Of a stretch of DNA of 64,000 nucleotides, positions 63,393-64,000 are shown one piece after another. Source of the stretch: Candidatus Altimarinota bacterium. GTDB taxonomy: Bacteria; Patescibacteriota; Gracilibacteria; UBA4473. The stretch is from NCBI GenBank assembly GCA_018608565.1, contig JABAZT010000023.1:901-64900 (forward strand), in the 5' to 3' direction. The notes under the pieces are model-generated. The model was not told where the DNA came from and made no database searches. It saw only the letters and a list, made by a program, of their open reading frames with translations. Position 1 is the first letter of the stretch. Every line of letters begins with the position of its first letter. A program made the translations under genes and the position numbers.

Positions 63393-64000
63393 TTATGCTA
63401 GATCCTTTTCCCACAAAATATTAGTAGATTTCCCAAGGGCTTCTACCTCAAAAATAACCACTTTTATAAATTCAATAGTATCACCAATACTTGAGCGTTT
63501 TATAAATTGATTAAGAGATGATTTTTCCTCTTGAGATTGAGCTTTCTGAAGATGTGCCATCGTAGTATGAGGAAGAAATTCATCTCCATAAAACGGATAC
63601 CCGGTCATATCAAAAGCAGCTTGTTGCCCTGACGTAATTCCATCAAAGTTTTGTGGGTCAGCAGAAGTTCCTTGGTAGTCAGTTCCTTTTTCAAATGTAT
63701 CAATAATGAGTTGATGGAACTGTCTCAGTAATTGGGTGTTCTTATAGTCAAGAAAGATAATTTTTTGGGCCCAAAGACTCAGTCCCTGAATCGATTGGTT
63801 CCGGTCTAGAAAACTAAAATTAAGTGTATTTAGTCTTATTTTGATCATTTCTATATCTGCAAAAATTCCCTGAAATCCAGTTATATGAGGGATCGCACTT
63901 TCTGGTGTTACTCGAAAACCAAGATCTAGGTTTTTATTGAGTATGTCAGATAATTCATAAATTTTTTTTTGATCATCTTCGTGAGGAACTAAGGCAAAAC
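63393..64000 (-). CDS. 2H phosphoesterase superfamily protein (LigT-like); 5' end outside the window
   Basis: The reading frame stays open upstream of the track ATG (63848) to the window edge ('FALVPHEDDQKKIYELSD...AIPHITGFQG'). The two H-x-T-x motifs are 'PHITGF' and 'PHTTMAHL'. Confidence 0.55.
   Translation of the reverse strand, partial: FALVPHEDDQKKIYELSDILNKNLDLGFRVTPESAIPHITGFQGIFADIEMIKIRLNTLNFSFLDRNQSIQGLSLWAQKIIFLDYKNTQLLRQFHQLIIDTFEKGTDYQGTSADPQNFDGITSGQQAAFDMTGYPFYGDEFLPHTTMAHLQKAQSQEEKSSLNQFIKRSSIGDTIEFIKVVIFEVEALGKSTNILWEKDLA

Noticed and set aside
1-64000. Alternative genetic code (UGA recoded, as in some candidate phyla)
   Set aside because: Long conserved genes are intact under the standard code, and several well-supported genes terminate with TGA (for example the RND pump at 56594-56596 and the nucleotidyltransferase at 62635-62637).
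1-64000. CRISPR arrays, IS elements, prophage, integrase or reverse transcriptase/DGR
   Set aside because: I saw no regularly spaced direct repeats in any intergenic region. No ORF carries transposase (DDE), integrase (R..H.R..Y), Cas or RT (YxDD) motifs. This was a visual scan only, so short degenerate elements could have been missed.

Overview
The window is AT-rich and densely coded. I call about 58 protein genes and one tRNA-Asn(GUU). I saw no rRNA, CRISPR array, transposase, integrase or reverse transcriptase. UGA is used as a stop (for example at the ends of the RND pump and nucleotidyltransferase genes), so the standard bacterial code applies.

Recognisable housekeeping genes:
- DNA repair and uptake: ruvA, uvrC, dprA.
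- Translation: rplY, aspS.
- Envelope: rseP-like M50 protease, S41 C-terminal protease, VanW, MscS, yggT, PBP1A.
- Metabolism: aroD, yaaA, ribE-ribD, flavodoxin plus korA/korB (2-oxoacid:ferredoxin oxidoreductase), ahcY plus a PfkB kinase, gap.
- Efflux: an adaptor/RND operon.

These are interleaved with many orphan genes, including two giant proteins of 1395 and 1338 aa. The gene content and compact layout suggest an uncultivated, reduced-genome bacterium (CPR/Patescibacteria-like). That is inference only.

Most interesting observations:
1. uvrC carries a roughly 190-aa GNAT acetyltransferase-like domain inserted inside its nuclease half.
2. An operon encodes three diverged paralogs: coiled-coil, basic-patch, single-pass membrane proteins of no family I recognise. 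It lies downstream of tRNA-Asn and a RhuM-Fic gene.
3. A polytopic membrane domain is fused to a phosphoribulokinase/uridine-kinase-type P-loop kinase. It sits divergent to a gtrA / class II aldolase-like / nucleotidyltransferase cluster.
4. A diverged tandem duplication between korA and korB has left a korB 5' remnant fused to a copy of a small membrane ORF.
5. An unknown ORF is translationally coupled between the RND adaptor and the pump.
6. ribD contains a GC-rich palindromic in-frame insert whose k-mer recurs elsewhere in the window.

All functional calls come from motif recognition by eye. No searches were run.
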